DNA of 64,000 bases from Spirogloea muscicola (taxonomy: Eukaryota). The DNA is taken from the NCBI GenBank assembly GCA_009602725.1, contig WELB01000012.1:1171224-1235223 (forward strand). The letters are read 5' to 3'. The notes beneath the pieces were generated by a model. The model was not told where the DNA came from. It made no database searches and saw only the letters and a list, made by a program, of their open reading frames with translations. Positions 35,772 to 49,000 of this stretch are shown here, piece after piece. Numbering within the stretch: position 1 is the first letter of the stretch; every line of letters starts with the position of its first letter. Position numbers and translations under genes: made by a program.

Positions 35772-38700
35772 TCAGTTGTGGTGACCAACACCTGGAGGGT
35801 GCATCCCAGTATGAGGGGGGTGGTGGCCGACCCCAGCCGCGTGGTGTCCAGTGCCAGGAGGGTGCTTTCCTACTCCTGGCGGGTGATGGCCGATAACTCC
35901 TGCATCAACTCACGAAGAGAGTGGTGAGGAGGTGGCAGGAAGGTCAGGCGTGCACAAGTGTGGGCAGAAGGATGACAACCTGTCAAATGTATCCGCTTGC
36001 ATTGGCGGTGTTGTGAGGAGTCCTGGATGCTGTATTCATTTGTGCTCAGCTACTTTTCAATAAGAGGAAAATTGAGAACGATGGCAGGCAAGGCAGCCAA
36101 TAAGGACACCCTGTGCAGCCGAGTGCATGATTGGAGGAGGGGGTGGTAAAGTGCTCAGGCAAATGTGTGGACACAGGAGGCGCCAGGGTGGGGAAACGGC
36201 AAGGAGAAACGGCCTGGGTACTGTTAGCAAAGAAGGAGGGGGTTGGGGAAGTACCATGCGGGGAGGACGTGAGAGTGGGAGGGGGTGGGGACGGAGAGGT
36301 GAGCGGCTGTGGCAGTGGTGGAGGCGGGGAAGGAGGGGGAGGAGGCNNNNNNNNNNNNNNNNNNNNNNNNNNNNNNNNNNNNNNNNNNNNNNNNNNNNNN
36401 NNNNNNNNNNNNNNNNNNNNNNNNNNNNNNNNNNNNNNNNNNNNNNNNNNNNNNNNNNNNNNNNNNNNNNNNNNNNNNNNNNNNNNNNNGGCGGGGACGG
36501 TGAGCGCGGCGGCGGCGGTAGAGGTGGTGAAGGGGGAGGGGAAGAGGGAGGGGGAGGGGGATGCGACGAGGGGGAAGGAGGGGGACTCTGAGCGGGCGAA
36601 AGAGAGGGTGGGGGGACGGGCGGAGGAGGGGTAGGAGAGGGGGGGGCAGCCGGAGAGCCGGGCGGTGGAGGAGCGAGAGCAGGAGGAGGAGGCAGGGACG
36701 GAGGGGTTATCGGCGGCGGCAGAGGTGGTGGAGGGGGAGGTGGAGTCTGGGAGGGTGGAGAAGGGGGAGCTGGAGTGTCAGGTGGGGAAGAAGCGGGGGG
36801 AGGGGAGGACTCCTGTGGTGGTGGAGGCACTAGGGGAGGAGGGTGAGGAGGTAGTGGGGGGGGGGACTTGGGCGGGGATGGTGGAGGAGGGGGACTGGGA
36901 GGCGGTGGCGATGACGCCTCTGGTGGTGGAGGTGGAGGGACTGAAGTAAACGGCTGCGGAGGAGGTGGGGGAGATTCCCTTGGTGGTGGTGGTGGAGTGA
37001 CTGGGGGAGGGGGCAGTGGAGGAGGTGGGGGGGACTGCAGTGGCGGTGGTGGAGGAAGGGTACTGGAAGGAGGTGGCGACGATGCCTCTGGTGGTGTTGG
37101 TGGAGGGACTGGGGGAGGGGGCTGTGGAGGAGGTGGGGGAGATTCTGTTGGTGGCTGTGGTGGAGGGAGGGGACTAGGAGGGGGTGGCAACGACGCCTCC
37201 GGTGGTGGAGGTGGAGGAACTGGGGGAGGGGGCTGTGGAGGAGGTGAGGGAGATTCTGTTGGTGGCTGTGGTGGAGGAATGGGACTTGGAGGGGGTGGCG
37301 ACGACGCCTCTGGTGGTGTTGGTGTAGGGACTGGGGGAGGAGGCTGCGGAGGAGGTGGTGGTGAGTCTATGGGTGGCGTGGGTGGAAGTATGGGACTAAG
37401 AGGAGGTGGCGACGACGCCTCTGGTGGTGGAGGTGGAGGGACTGGGGGAGGGGGCTGCGGAGGAGGTGGGGGGGAACTGCTGGGTGGTGGTGGTGGAGGT
37501 GTAGGACTCGGAGTCGGCTGAGGCAACGCCTCTGGGGGAGGCGGGGGAGGAGGCGGTGGCGAAGCCGTGGGAGGCGGCGGAGTGGGCGGAGGTTGGGGCT
37601 GAGGTGAGAGGGGCGGCGTCAATGGTCCTTTGGTAGTGCAGTTCTGTGGCTTCCAGCCAACCTGCAGTCCACGCAAAAGGCATTGACATTCTGCAGTCAC
37701 ATTGTCTCGGCAAAGGAAGGCCTGGCTTGAGCCTCCTCCTCAAGTGACTGCTTTCGGTACTATGGTGATGAGGTAGTCCTAGGCCTTCTGTTGACGCTTT
37801 CATGAGGTGATGAAGGTAATGATCAGCTTGAGCTTTTTACCACGCTGATAGCAGCCTCGCTACTAGACAGCTTGTTGGTGTAGGGCATGAGCACTTACCA
37901 TGGTGTGGTTCAGATCGTGCACCATCACGAAGTTTTGCTGTGCAATGTTGCCGATGATGTTCGTATCTCCTTCCACAATGTATGCACAGGCACTTGCACC
38001 TATCAAATGAATATAATTCACAGGGGGAAGCCTGAAGTCGGATGGCCCTGACATCCGGAAGGTCATGACAGGGTAGATGCCCAGCTTATTGATGTCCTCT
38101 GGTTGTGCTACTAGTCCAGATACGTTCCAACAAAGCGGCCATCCATAGTTGAGATTTGCTCTAATGCAACACACAATCCAGGCAGACAATCAACTGCTGA
38201 AAATAGTGATGTACTGTAGCAGCTGCACACTGAAGACAACATACAGCAGCAAGCATCCTCTATAGGAGTGCAATTTTGCTGTGCTCGCAAATCTAAGCAA
38301 ACACGATGCATAGCACAGCGCTAGACTGCTGTGACGACTTCTTCACTCTTACATGGGCAGAGGCACGTTGGCCTTCAGATAGTCAACAACTGGCTGGTAC
38401 GCAGCACTCACCAGCCTGAGACATCATGTGTCAGAAAAGCCCGCCGTGGGCAGCATGCTTGACATGCTCATGAGGACCGGATGGCAAACTTGGAACGTGT
38501 GTGTTAATTCAAGCATGGCATCAAGACAACCCAAGCAGCTGCAGTACTCACAATATTGCGGTTGTCCCAGAGTCAAAGAATGTCCCTCCTCCACCATTGT
38601 CGTCAAAGGTAAAAGCAGCCGCAGGAATGCTGAGTGAGGTTGTTCCAAAGAGTATCTCATTGACCTGCACATAGTAAAAAGTAGTGTACCCCCGGCTTGC

Positions 38701-41214
38701 ATCCGATTGCGGATTGCTGAGGAGCGGGGTGTATGTAACGCCTGCACTTGGTACTCCAGCCGACCCAAACTCCAACTCGCTCCCAGGCAGGTCAGGAGAC
38801 ACATACCAGCTTTGCAGGCACAGGGTGAACACATGGTCGTATGGCTCCAGCTGCAAATGGTCAGGAACAATTAACCCTTTGAAACATCTGTCTACATGAA
38901 CTATCGAGCATTGCATCCCCCACAGCAGAAGGTGACAAGGGTTGCTGTGGCTCTGATGAAAGATTCAGAACGTATTTGTGGTGAGGAATTGCAAGCATTC
39001 GTGTTCTACAGGTATGCATGTGTCATCGAAAGGCCTTATGTACGAAACGTCTGTCTGCACTTGGCAATGATTCATGATGGGCTTGCAGATACTTACTTGT
39101 TGAATAAATGATATTGGCCCCCGTCCAAGGCCAATGAGGCCCCCTGCAACTGTAAATGTACCTGCATTGTCGTGACCGCAACCAAAGATAGTCCCCAAGA
39201 GCCTTGAAGTATCGCCACTGGTGGTGGTTAGCCAAACCGTCTCAGTTGCCAACTGACCGGAGGTGTGGGACGAATCTCCATAGCTGCATGTTCTTGAAAT
39301 GCATGCTTCAGCACACGCGCTGATAAAGTTTCTCATGTAAAAGAAAGATTTGTCTTCGCCTAGAAGGTAGCTCATGTGCTATAGCATTACTAGAAAGGTC
39401 GAGTGAGGCGAGTATAGGCCATGCTGCTATTACTGCAACTTATCCACGCGAAACAAATTTGCTGAAGTCGCAGACATGTACCTATAGGCGTATTCGCAGA
39501 CACTCTGGCCTCCTGATGTGTAGCACTGATCGTACCCGTTCACATCTTCAACTAGCAGGCAAGGAGAAGTATTGCAACCGATGACAGAGAAGGTCAATGA
39601 CTTAGTGGGATCAAAGATGGGTCCAGATTGCTCATAGCACTTGGTGCAGGGCAAGCACTGCGGCAGCAAACGATCCAGGAGTAGGTGAGCCCCTTGCACA
39701 TCCTCACTAGTCACAATGAGGTGCTTCAGTGTGGATCCTATACATACATGTCACGCGTGTAACTGGTGTTCCGAGATGTATGTTCTCAACCGAAGTGCCC
39801 ATGCATAGGTGAGAAAGCAGTGCTAATGAATAGGGAAGCCTGCTGCCAGAACCAACGCGCTGATGCAACCTGAGTCCACAGCAGATCGCTGCCGGTGTCT
39901 GCAATAAGGATCTGTGGTTGGGCGGGGTCGCCAATGCTGAAGTCTGCGAAGTAGTTGGGAACGCCAACAGGGTATCCTGAGTGGACTGTTGTGTTGAAAG
40001 CTTCCTCGACAACTTGGAGTGCAGCCTCATGGGAAGATCTTGGGAACGTATTGTTGCGCGCCCCTGACACAAGCCTTGGCCGCGCCAAGGTAGGAGTTCT
40101 CTTTCCTGGATGTTGCTTTGCTTCTTTGCCAGTAATCAGGTGATACAATCTCTCCGATCTTGCCTGCAGGTTGCGCAGTAGAACATAAGCAATTGCTCCA
40201 GATATTGCATCCATTGGGGATGCATCGGAACTCTACAACATTTCAAGAGACGACTTCACAAGCAGCCACCTCACACATTGTTTGAGAGCGGACAGCACGT
40301 AATCCAATCATGTATAATCATGTCAGGAAAGCGTAACAATGCCTCGCACTGCAAGGCCTGATATTTTTGGGATCATGTGCAACTAGACACGGGTGCCAAA
40401 GTACTTGTAGGATGACATAGATGCACAGCATCAGTGTACCACATGCCACTTGACATCTGCTTACCTTATCGCTGTGGTACTGAAACCTGGATGCGTGCTC
40501 CTTGCTGGGCCACTCCCTCCGAAAAGGCGAATGAGGTGCATCAATGTGAGTAAGGCTCAACCTGCCATGTACATGTCACGGGGTTGATGGGATGCTGCTC
40601 AGATAAGAAGGCTGTGAGGATCATGCCACATCAACCCTGCTATAGAGGTCCACGCTCTAATTCTGGGGCGACTGATGCAAGTGAGACCAAGGCAGGCAGC
40701 GTGCCATGCAAAAGCAAGCAGAGGAAAAGCCAAAAAGAATTTCCTTACTTCAATGTGGACGGCCTTTCCTCTGCATCCAGCATGGCACGTGCAGGACCTG
40801 AATCAAACGAGCAGAAGACAGTGCCAGCAGCAGATGGTGCCAGCTTGAGGAGAGAGCCTACGCATGGGCCAAGTTGCATCTGCAAAGCAAGTGTGTGTCT
40901 AGCACTGGAGCTGGTGTCTTGGAGTTAACAGTCCGTGAAGGCCGGGCGTGTGGGACGCGCTCTTGCTGTACTCGTGTCATCAATCGCCACAAGGCTTGTA
41001 GGAAGAGCACGGTGGAGGCAGCCCGATAGTCACGAGGACATGCTCCATGGACGATCCAGCAGACAGTGCCGGTGCTGCAGAGCGGTGCTCTGCAGGCAGG
41101 GGCGGCCAGCCAACCTGCCGAAGCGCCATGGAGAGAGAGTACAACAAGGGCGACGAGCCGCAAGGGCGCACAGGCAGCAGACGCCGTCTGCGGCGGCGGC
41201 CGTGAGGAGGCCAT
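35772..41214 (-). CDS. Aspartic protease-extensin chimera copy 2
   Basis: Same exon series as copy 1. IADTGSDLLWTQ and FFDSGTT are intact. The SP3-5-rich exon is >400 codons (36255-37660, with gap 36347-36488), and the His-rich last exon is 35772-35899. Confidence 0.9.
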
Positions 41215-41689
41215 GGGGCCTCCTGCAGGCGGCAGCCTCGGAGCGGTGGAGAGGGGGGTGGGACGTGGGGTGGTGCTGGCGGGGTGCGCAGGAGTGAAGA
41301 AAGGGAATGCGGCTGCTGACACTTGAAGACCGCCTGTGACGGCCAGCCAGGTGCATGCAGAGGTGTTCATGATACTATATCAGAGGAGCGGGGACTGAGG
41401 CCGAGGGGAGCCAGCAATGGCGGGTCGTTGCTGCAGCTGCAGCTGGGGAAAGAAGACTTGCGTGCAAGGAGGAAATGGAACGGGGAAATGTATGGAGGGG
41501 AATGGCGGGAGCGGGCCGCCAGGCGGGGTGCACGGCCGGCAGCACGGTCACGTCGTGGTCCGCGGAGCCGGGCGGCGCCCCGCGGGACCGCTTTTCTTCA
41601 CACTTCTCTTCGCTTCCCTTCAGAAGAGTCTCCTCCAGGAGATTAATTTCGCCGACCTGCGGCTGCTTAGTAGAGGAATCCTCGTGCAT

Positions 41690-41886
41690 TTGATACAAAT
41701 GAAGGCCAAAATGGCCAAGTACAAAGGCGAACGTATATTTGATAACGTACATCACCTACAGCAGATTGACCCGCTCAGAAAGCACGGGTCAATACATTAA
41801 GGTCGCCAACCGATGCCTGAAAACCAGGTGGCAGATTTGAAGCCCTTCTGCCACCAACTAGAGCTCGCCCAGCTTCTGGTGCAAAG
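41690..41886 (-). mobile_element. RLE 3' relic of the LHQKAGRAL subfamily
   Basis: The reverse complement aligns with 53308-53580 (LHQK.GRALVGG..ASVGDLNVLTRAF*, then GAGCGGGTCA..GTGATGTAC..TACTTGGCCA). Confidence 0.7.
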
Positions 41887-41889
41887 ATT

Positions 41890-42960
41890 AGTAGCGGTTA
41901 CTGAGTGTTTCGTAGCTACTTGATTCCGTGTGTGCTTTAGCGCTTTCCCTGGCCCCCTCGAACTTTGTTCATTCTTTCCCTGGGCTGGCAAAACCCAGCC
42001 ACCGCCCTCTCCTGGAAGCGTCTTTCTCTCTCTTTTCTCCGGGCTCCGCTCCCCAGTGGCAGGCTCCCCCTCATCTTGAGGAAGGGACTCTTCCAGAAGA
42101 GCGGGGAAGAAGAAAAGAGAGATGGCTGTGAGTCCCCAGCCCAGAAAAAAGCCCTCCCTCATCTTGGGCAGGACTTCCCATGCGGTCTCGTGGAAAGAAG
42201 CTCGCTATGATGGCGAAAAGACGACTGACTCTTCCATTAGGGGGCGATGGCTGTGATTGGCCAGCTCAGAAGAAAGAACGCTAAATCATTAAGGGGCCAG
42301 AAAGAGAAGCTCTTCAGAAGAACATGCGGTACTTCCTCGCAATGGCGCGATGGCTTTGAACAGAAAGTCCGCTGCACGTGAGGGGTGTAACTTTGGGCGG
42401 AAAAGTTCGAGCATCGAAGGGGCTAAGGTATGTGAGAAAAGGAAGCAGCAAAGACTCCCTGCGGCAGGCCGGAGCTTCGGCTGCAGCAGGCAGCAACAGG
42501 ACTGCGCCCCTCTTTGGCTTCACCGTTCCGAGGTCGGGTCTATACCCAGGGCTCGTGGCGCTTCCTGTGCCATCGCCCCCCCGTTTCTCTTCTTTTTCTG
42601 GCTTTCACAGCCGCTCTTTTATATCAGCAGCCGCATTCATCGTTTATCCTTCCCTTCCTGTTCCCTCTACACTCTGTCTGTGGGCTGGCTCTTTGTCTGT
42701 CGTATGTGAGGCTCCTCACTCGTAACTACTAAGTGGTCCATCCTCCCCCGTTCTGCCATAGCCTCTTCAGGCCCCGCAGTCGCTGCTTAGCTCGTAGTTT
42801 GGCCCCTTCAAACCTTGTCAATTCTTTTCGGGCTGGCTTGTCACAGCCCTTGCCCCCATTGGGAGAGCCACTTCTTCTTCTTGCTCTTTGGCCCGCCCAC
42901 AGACAGGAATCTTCCAGTGGAAGGCGATGGCTGTGATTGGCCAGCCCAGGGGAAAGTCGT
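41890..42960. mobile_element. Nested cluster of retroelement 3'-end modules
   Basis: Modules at about 41980(+), 42123(-), 42250(-), 42600(+), 42707-42880(+; RLLTRNY* plus UTR like 63625-63815) and 42930(-). Confidence 0.75.
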
Positions 42961-43282
42961 GGGCTGGCCAAAGGCCCCGCCCTGTCCGGGGGACTTGTGG
43001 CCAAAGGTCCGCCTCGGGCAGGGCGCGCCTGGCGAGGGTGAACCCAGGGCGGGTCGGACCATCCGCGCCTGGGCGGGCCGACAAGCCCGTCAAGCGGCTA
43101 GCGGCCCTGTTGCTTGGCGGTCCCTTGAAGTTGCCGACAGCTACACGACCTCCGGTCTGATGTCTGCTCGATACCTCTCGTGCTTCACCGTGCCACCCTC
43201 CGTCCAGTGTGCATGGGTCGCCTCCGGGCCCGCCCTGTGAGGAGCGTGGCTGACGACGCATTCACGGGCTGTCTCCAGCAGG

Positions 43283-43412
43283 CGCCATGCCGCCGAGCAT
43301 GGCCGAGGCCCATGCCGCCAAGCATGGCCGAGGCCGAGCATGCCGCTGAGGGCGTCCGAGCCCGAGCATGCCGCCCAGCAGGTCTGGGGCCGAGCATGCA
43401 GGGAGCATGCAA
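43283..43412. repeat. About 25-bp degenerate minisatellite rich in CATG/GCATGC palindromes
   Basis: CCATGCCGCCGAGCATGGCCGAGGC unit repeated about 5 times with drift. Confidence 0.8.
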
Positions 43413-43611
43413 GGCCACCAGGACGAGCCTGGACGGAATAGCACGAAAACACCTACAGCACTCGTGCCAGGGTGGTCCACATTGCCCGGCACGAGGCCAA
43501 CGGCCATGTGACCAATGACCTGGGTAAGTTTCGGGAATTTCCCCACAACTATCTGCACATCATGTAAGCCTTTAAGCACTGTTCCCTGCTCGCAGACCTG
43601 GAAACATGACA

Positions 43612-43685
43612 CCAGGTGTATAGCATGCGCCTGTCATTACCGCTGCAGTGGTCAATAGCACACACATTGCATCTGCGGCGGCGGT
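43612..43685 (+). mobile_element. Small RLE C-terminal fragment
   Basis: QVYSMRLSLPLQWSIAHTLHLR. Confidence 0.7.
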
Positions 43686-43989
43686 CGACTGGGGATGCCA
43701 GTATGGTACCAAGCCCTGTCTGGGGAGGCGGGGCACCAGGGGCTTTACCTCTGAAGGCCCCCGTCCGTCAGGACAGGTCTACAGGATATCGACGCACGGG
43801 GTCCTCCTTGAGCGTGGCCTTTGAAGTGCGTGCGGCTGATCTGTCATAACCCCCATCTCAGCTAGCGGGCGGTGTACTTGACCTTTTTGAACTCGTTTGT
43901 TTCAAATACACGACAATTTCCTCAGCTGGCGGGCGATGGCTGGCTGCTGTCCACGCTGGGTGTACCTGAGTTCGTACTAAAGAAGCTCT

Positions 43990-44345
43990 TCCACCGGGAC
44001 ATGGACGTGTATTGACTGATGGAGGGCCTGAGTGGCCAAGTACGTAACAAGCACCTCTGCAGAGATGTGCGAAGCATGAGCTTGAGCTCGCGGCAAAAAG
44101 GCTGATACACGACGGCACAAGAACTATAGGTATACTGCCGGCAAGCTCATCTCAGCCGGAAGCATCCTCACGTCGTGCATGTTCGTAGATTAGCACTGTA
44201 CCCGAGTAGGGTATGCTTTCGAGGACCTATGCAGGCAAAGATGTCGATTGCGGCTGGTAGGAGGTGATCGCAGCGGGGTACTCGATAGTACTGCACATCT
44301 CGGCTTTGTGCCATTCACTGCGCGGCCAGCAATGAGTGTCGACAT
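43990..44345 (-). mobile_element. Second copy of the divergent RLE family relic, carried in the duplicated unit
   Basis: IAGRAV..DHLLPAAIDIFACIGPR; colinear with 33765-34130. Confidence 0.6.
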
Positions 44346-46005
44346 GGGACCTTCGTCTCGGGTCGGGAGCTGGTAAAAGCTAGCCCACAAAACATGAAAA
44401 AGGTCCAAAGGAGCCGGAAATTGTAGAGGTCGTTAACCGTACCAGCTCAGAAATTTCTATACCAAAGGCTTTCATGCCACCGGGCGTTGCCTGATTATGC
44501 AGTGTCGATAGAGCATACTAGCAGCAACATGGGTGTGGTGTTCTGATTTACGTGGCAGGCACGTAGTTGAAAAATAATAGGAAGTAATGATGTACGATAA
44601 AAGGATGATAGCTCGGACAGGTATCTCACAAGTACAACATATGCATGATCAGTTGCCCTGTGGAAATTATTCTTGGTAAGCTTGACTATGCAGTTTAGCA
44701 TATTGCGAGACAAGTATAGCTGCACCCTTATTGGCAGGATGGGCCGTCTGGCCCATCTGGCTCCCCAGTTCCCAATGGCCTGGGAATGTCTTCACCAATA
44801 CCTACCAGTACCCCGCCACCACCTTAGCGGCACCCGCCACGACTGTCAAGAAAGGTCACAACCCTCAAAGCGGGCTTTGGGCTTTTCGGTCGATGATTTG
44901 GGCTTCTCTTTGAGCGACACGCGTAGCAGGATGGATCGAGCACCGATGCCGTTCATGGCACGACAGATGGGGTATATTTTCTAGGCAGAGCCGAGCTCGA
45001 AGTATCGTGCTCGCTTCACACCAAGCTGATAGATGACGTGTCATAGGTGTCCAGGTTTGCAGCCATCTCCGCATCCTCGTCAGACCGACACCAATGAGCC
45101 ACTGACAGCATATCGCACAACAGCTCCCGTTTGTGGACCCGTTTGGGTTGGCACTCCCTTCCTTTCACAGCCATTGCCCCCTTCTGGATATCTTCTCAAG
45201 CGGTTGTTACATTGGGAACAGTGAAGTGCACACCTGGACTGGGAGGAGCTACATAGCACTTCAATCTCGCCTCGGGCCAAACCTGCAAGCCACAAACAAG
45301 CTCTCCTTTGGAGGATCGACATCTCCCTAGCCGCCCAGGCTAGCCGCTCATGCTGATAAGCAAGTTGTTCTGCAGCCCTATCTGCGATACTGCGATCCCC
45401 CCCGTACACCCGCTTGCCATCCAGTACATCCGGGTTGGCCAAAGTAAGTCCAGGTCTGAACGTACTAAGCAGCAGCATGCCCATCTCCTGGCACTCTGCC
45501 GGAATTGCCAATTTAAATCACTGATCTTTCACCACCGCCAGCGTTCGTGCTTTCCAACTTTAGACTTGCCTCTACGGCCGCCACAAGCCGATCATACGCA
45601 CTTGGGGCTGTCTCTGTTTACGTACTTAACCTACTGGCCATAAGCTTTCCTGCTCCCGCTTACCAGTCCCCTGCTCCTCCTCAGGCCGGTCATCTTCAAG
45701 GGGCAAGGCACACCCTAGCATGTAGGGGCCAACTCCTAGCCGATGTTGACAAGCAATAGCACAGGCTGCCCCAAAGGGCAGCCTGTACAAGTTTCGATCT
45801 CGTCGCTGTCTCTTAAGCTAGTCCCACGTTGTGGCACTCTGCAGACTCCATGTTGAGCCTTTCTTTCTTTGGAAAGGCGCACCAGCTTAATTGCTCGCCC
45901 ACCTGGTGAGGTGGCTAGCCTCTCCAAGCATCCATCATGCTGTCTCTTACTTACTAAAAATACTCATTTTCATACTCCTAACATGTCCTGCCGTTATGGT
46001 GACTA

Positions 46006-49000
46006 TCAGTTGTGGTGACCGACACCTGGAGGGTGCATCCCAGTATGAGGTGGGTGGTGGCCGGCCCCAGCCGCGTGGTGTCCAGTGCCAGGAGGGTGCT
46101 TCCCTACTCCTGGTGGGTGATGGCCGATGACTCCTGCATCACCTTACGAAGACAGCGGTGAGGAGGTGGCAGGAAGGTCAGGCTTGCACAAGTGTGGGCA
46201 AAAGGATGACATTCAGAGCTTGTCAGCATATATCCGCTAGCATTGGCTGTGGTGTGAGATATCCGGGAGCTGTATTCACTAGTGCTCAGCTACATTTCAA
46301 TGAGAGAGAGATTGAAGAACGATGGCTAAGGCCAAGGACACAGCATATCGTGGAATGGACTGTGCAGCTTGTGCACGATTGGAGGAGGGGGTGTAATGTG
46401 CTCGGAAAATGAATGGACACGGAGGCGCCAGGGTGGAAAATGGGCAAGGGGAGACGGCCTGGGTACTGTTGGCAAGGAAGGAGGGGGGAGGGGGAGTACC
46501 ATACGGTGAGGACGCGAAAGTGGGAGGGGGTGGCGATGGAGACGTGAGCGGCTGTGGCAGCGGTGGAGGCGGGGAAGGAGGGAAAGGAGGCGAGGGGAAA
46601 CGGGCGGGTGGCAGAGGGGGCTGGCGGAAGGGCGGAGGCTGTGGTTGGGGGACAGGAGGGGGAGGAGGAGAAAGTAATGGCGGTGGAGGGGGCGGCGGGG
46701 AGGGCAAAGGGGAGAGCGGCGAAGCTGGAGGACGCGGAGGGGCTAAAAGAGGGGACGGTGGAGGAGGCGGAGGCGGGGTTGGTGGGGAAGAAAACAGAGG
46801 AGGCGGTGAGAAAGGAGGCCGCCATGAGCCCGTTGGCGGGTACTGAAGAGGTGGCTGAAGCGGAGGAATATTTGGGAGAGTTGGAGGTGGCAGGGGGAAG
46901 GGGGTCATAAGAGGTGGCGGCCGCTGCGACAGAGGGGCCGGCGGAGGAGAGGGCACTGCAATAGGAGCTGCAGCAATACCACAAAACAAGAGCAGCAGAA
47001 GACCATCAGCAGCCGGCAGAAATTGCCATGATGCTTGCCTGCCCAAATCCCAAGCACGACATAGGAAGTGTGTGATTGTTGAAGGAACTCTCACGTGGCG
47101 GAGGAGGAGGCGGAGCCAAGCGCACAGTGGGAGGTTGAGGGGCTCCTCCGGGCCGTGGAGATGGCGAGGGAGGCGGCAGGGTGGAAGAAGGGGGAGGAGA
47201 GGGGGCCGCTGGCGTACCTGGTGGTGGGAAAGGAGGAAGAGGGGGCAGGGGTTGAAGGGGCGGGGGAAAAACAGCCGGAGTGCTAGGTGGAGGGGAAGGA
47301 AGAGGAGGAGTAGGCGGGGATGGAGAGAATGGCGGCGGTGGCAGAGGTGGGGGAGGGGGAGGAGGAGGCAGTAAGGGGGAAGGGGGGGAAGACTGAGGAG
47401 GCGAGGCAAAGGGTGCAGGGAGGGGCGGAGGAGGGGAAGGGGAGGGAGGGGCAGCCGGAGTGACGGATGGGGAAGAAGCAAGAGGGGGAGGAGAAGGCGG
47501 GGTTGGTGAGAGTGGCGGCGGTGGCAGAGGTGGTGAAGGGGGAGGTGGAGAGGGAGGAGGAAGGGGATGTGGCGAGGGGGAAAGAGGGGGAATCTGAGGG
47601 GGCGGAACAGAGGGTGGAGGGAGGGGCGGGGGAGGGGTGGGAGAGGGAGGGGCAGCCGGAGTGCCGGGCGGTGGAGAAGCGAGAGCAGGAGGAGGAGGCA
47701 GGAACGGAGAGATAATCGGCGGTGGCAGAGGTGATGGAAAGTGAGGGGGAGGGGGAAGGGGAGGGAGAGAAGGGGACGGGGAAAGAGGGGGGAATTGGGT
47801 GGGCGGGACAGAGGGTGGAGGGAGGGGCAGAGGAGGGGGGGGGANNNNNNNNNNNNNNNNNNNNNNNNNNNNNNNNNNNNNNNNNNNNNNNNNNNNNNNN
47901 NNNNNNNNNNNNNNNNNNNNNNNNNNNNNNNNNNNNNNNNNNNNNNNNNNNNNNNNNNNNNNNNNNNNNNNNNNNNNNNNNNNNNNNNNNNNNNNNNNNN
48001 NNNNNNNNNNNNNNNNNNNNNNNNNNNNNNNNNNNNNNNNNNNNNNNNNNNNNNNNNNNNNNNNNNNNNNNNNNNNNNNNNNNNNNNNNNNNNNNNNNNN
48101 NNNNNNNNNNNNNNNNNNNNNNNNNNNNNNNNNNNNNNNNNNNNNNNNNNNNNNNNNNNNNNNNNNNNNNNNNNNNNNNNNNNNNNNNNNNNNNNNNNNN
48201 NNNNNNNNNNNNNNNNNNNNNNNNNNNNNNNNNNNNNNNNNNNNNNNNNNNNNNNNNNNNNNNNNNNNNNNNNNNNNNNNNNNNNNNNNNNNNNNNNNNN
48301 NNNNNNNNNNNNNNNNNNNNNNNNNNNNNNNNNNNNNNNNNNNNNNNNNNNNNNNNNNNNNNNNNNNNNNNNNNNNNNNNNNNNNNNNNNNNNNNNNNNN
48401 NNNNNNNNNNNNNNNNNNNNNNNNNNNNNNNNNNNNNNNNNNNNNNNNNNNNNNNNNNNNNNNNNNNNNNNNNNNNNNNNNNNNNNNNNNNNNNNNNNNN
48501 NNNNNNNNNNNNNNNNNNNNNNNNNNNNNNNNNNNNNNNNNNNNNNNNNNNNNNNNNNNNNNNNNNNNNNNNNNNNNNNNNNNNNNNNNNNNNNNNNNNN
48601 NNNNNNNNNNNNNNNNNNNNNNNNNNNNNNNNNNNNNNNNNNNNNNNNNNNNNNNNNTCTGTTGGTGGCTGTGGTGGAGGAACGGGACTAGGAGGGGGTG
48701 GCGACGACGCATCTGGTGGTGGAGGTGGAGGGGCTGGGGGAGGGGGCTGCGGAGGAGGTGGTGGTGAGTCCATGGGTGGTGGCGGTGGTGGAGGAAGGGG
48801 ACTGGGAGGAGGTGGCGACGACGCCTCTGGTGTTGGAAGTGGAGGGACTGGGGGAGGGGGCTGTGGAGGAGGTGGGGGAGATTCTGTTGGTGGCTGTGGT
48901 GGAGGAACGGGACTAGGAGGGGGTGGCGACGACGCCTCTGGTGGTGGAGGTGGAGGGGCTGGGGGAGGGGCCTGCGGAGGAGGTGGTGGTGAATCCATGG

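Noticed and set aside
36868..37521. Gly-rich plus-strand ORFs (also 47722-49149, 57737-58219)
   Set aside because: They are the antisense shadow of the Pro-rich exons.
42990..43105. GC-rich self-complementary stretch as possible HDV-like ribozyme or SINE (also 62050-62150)
   Set aside because: I could not identify the required nested pseudoknot, catalytic residues or A/B boxes by eye.
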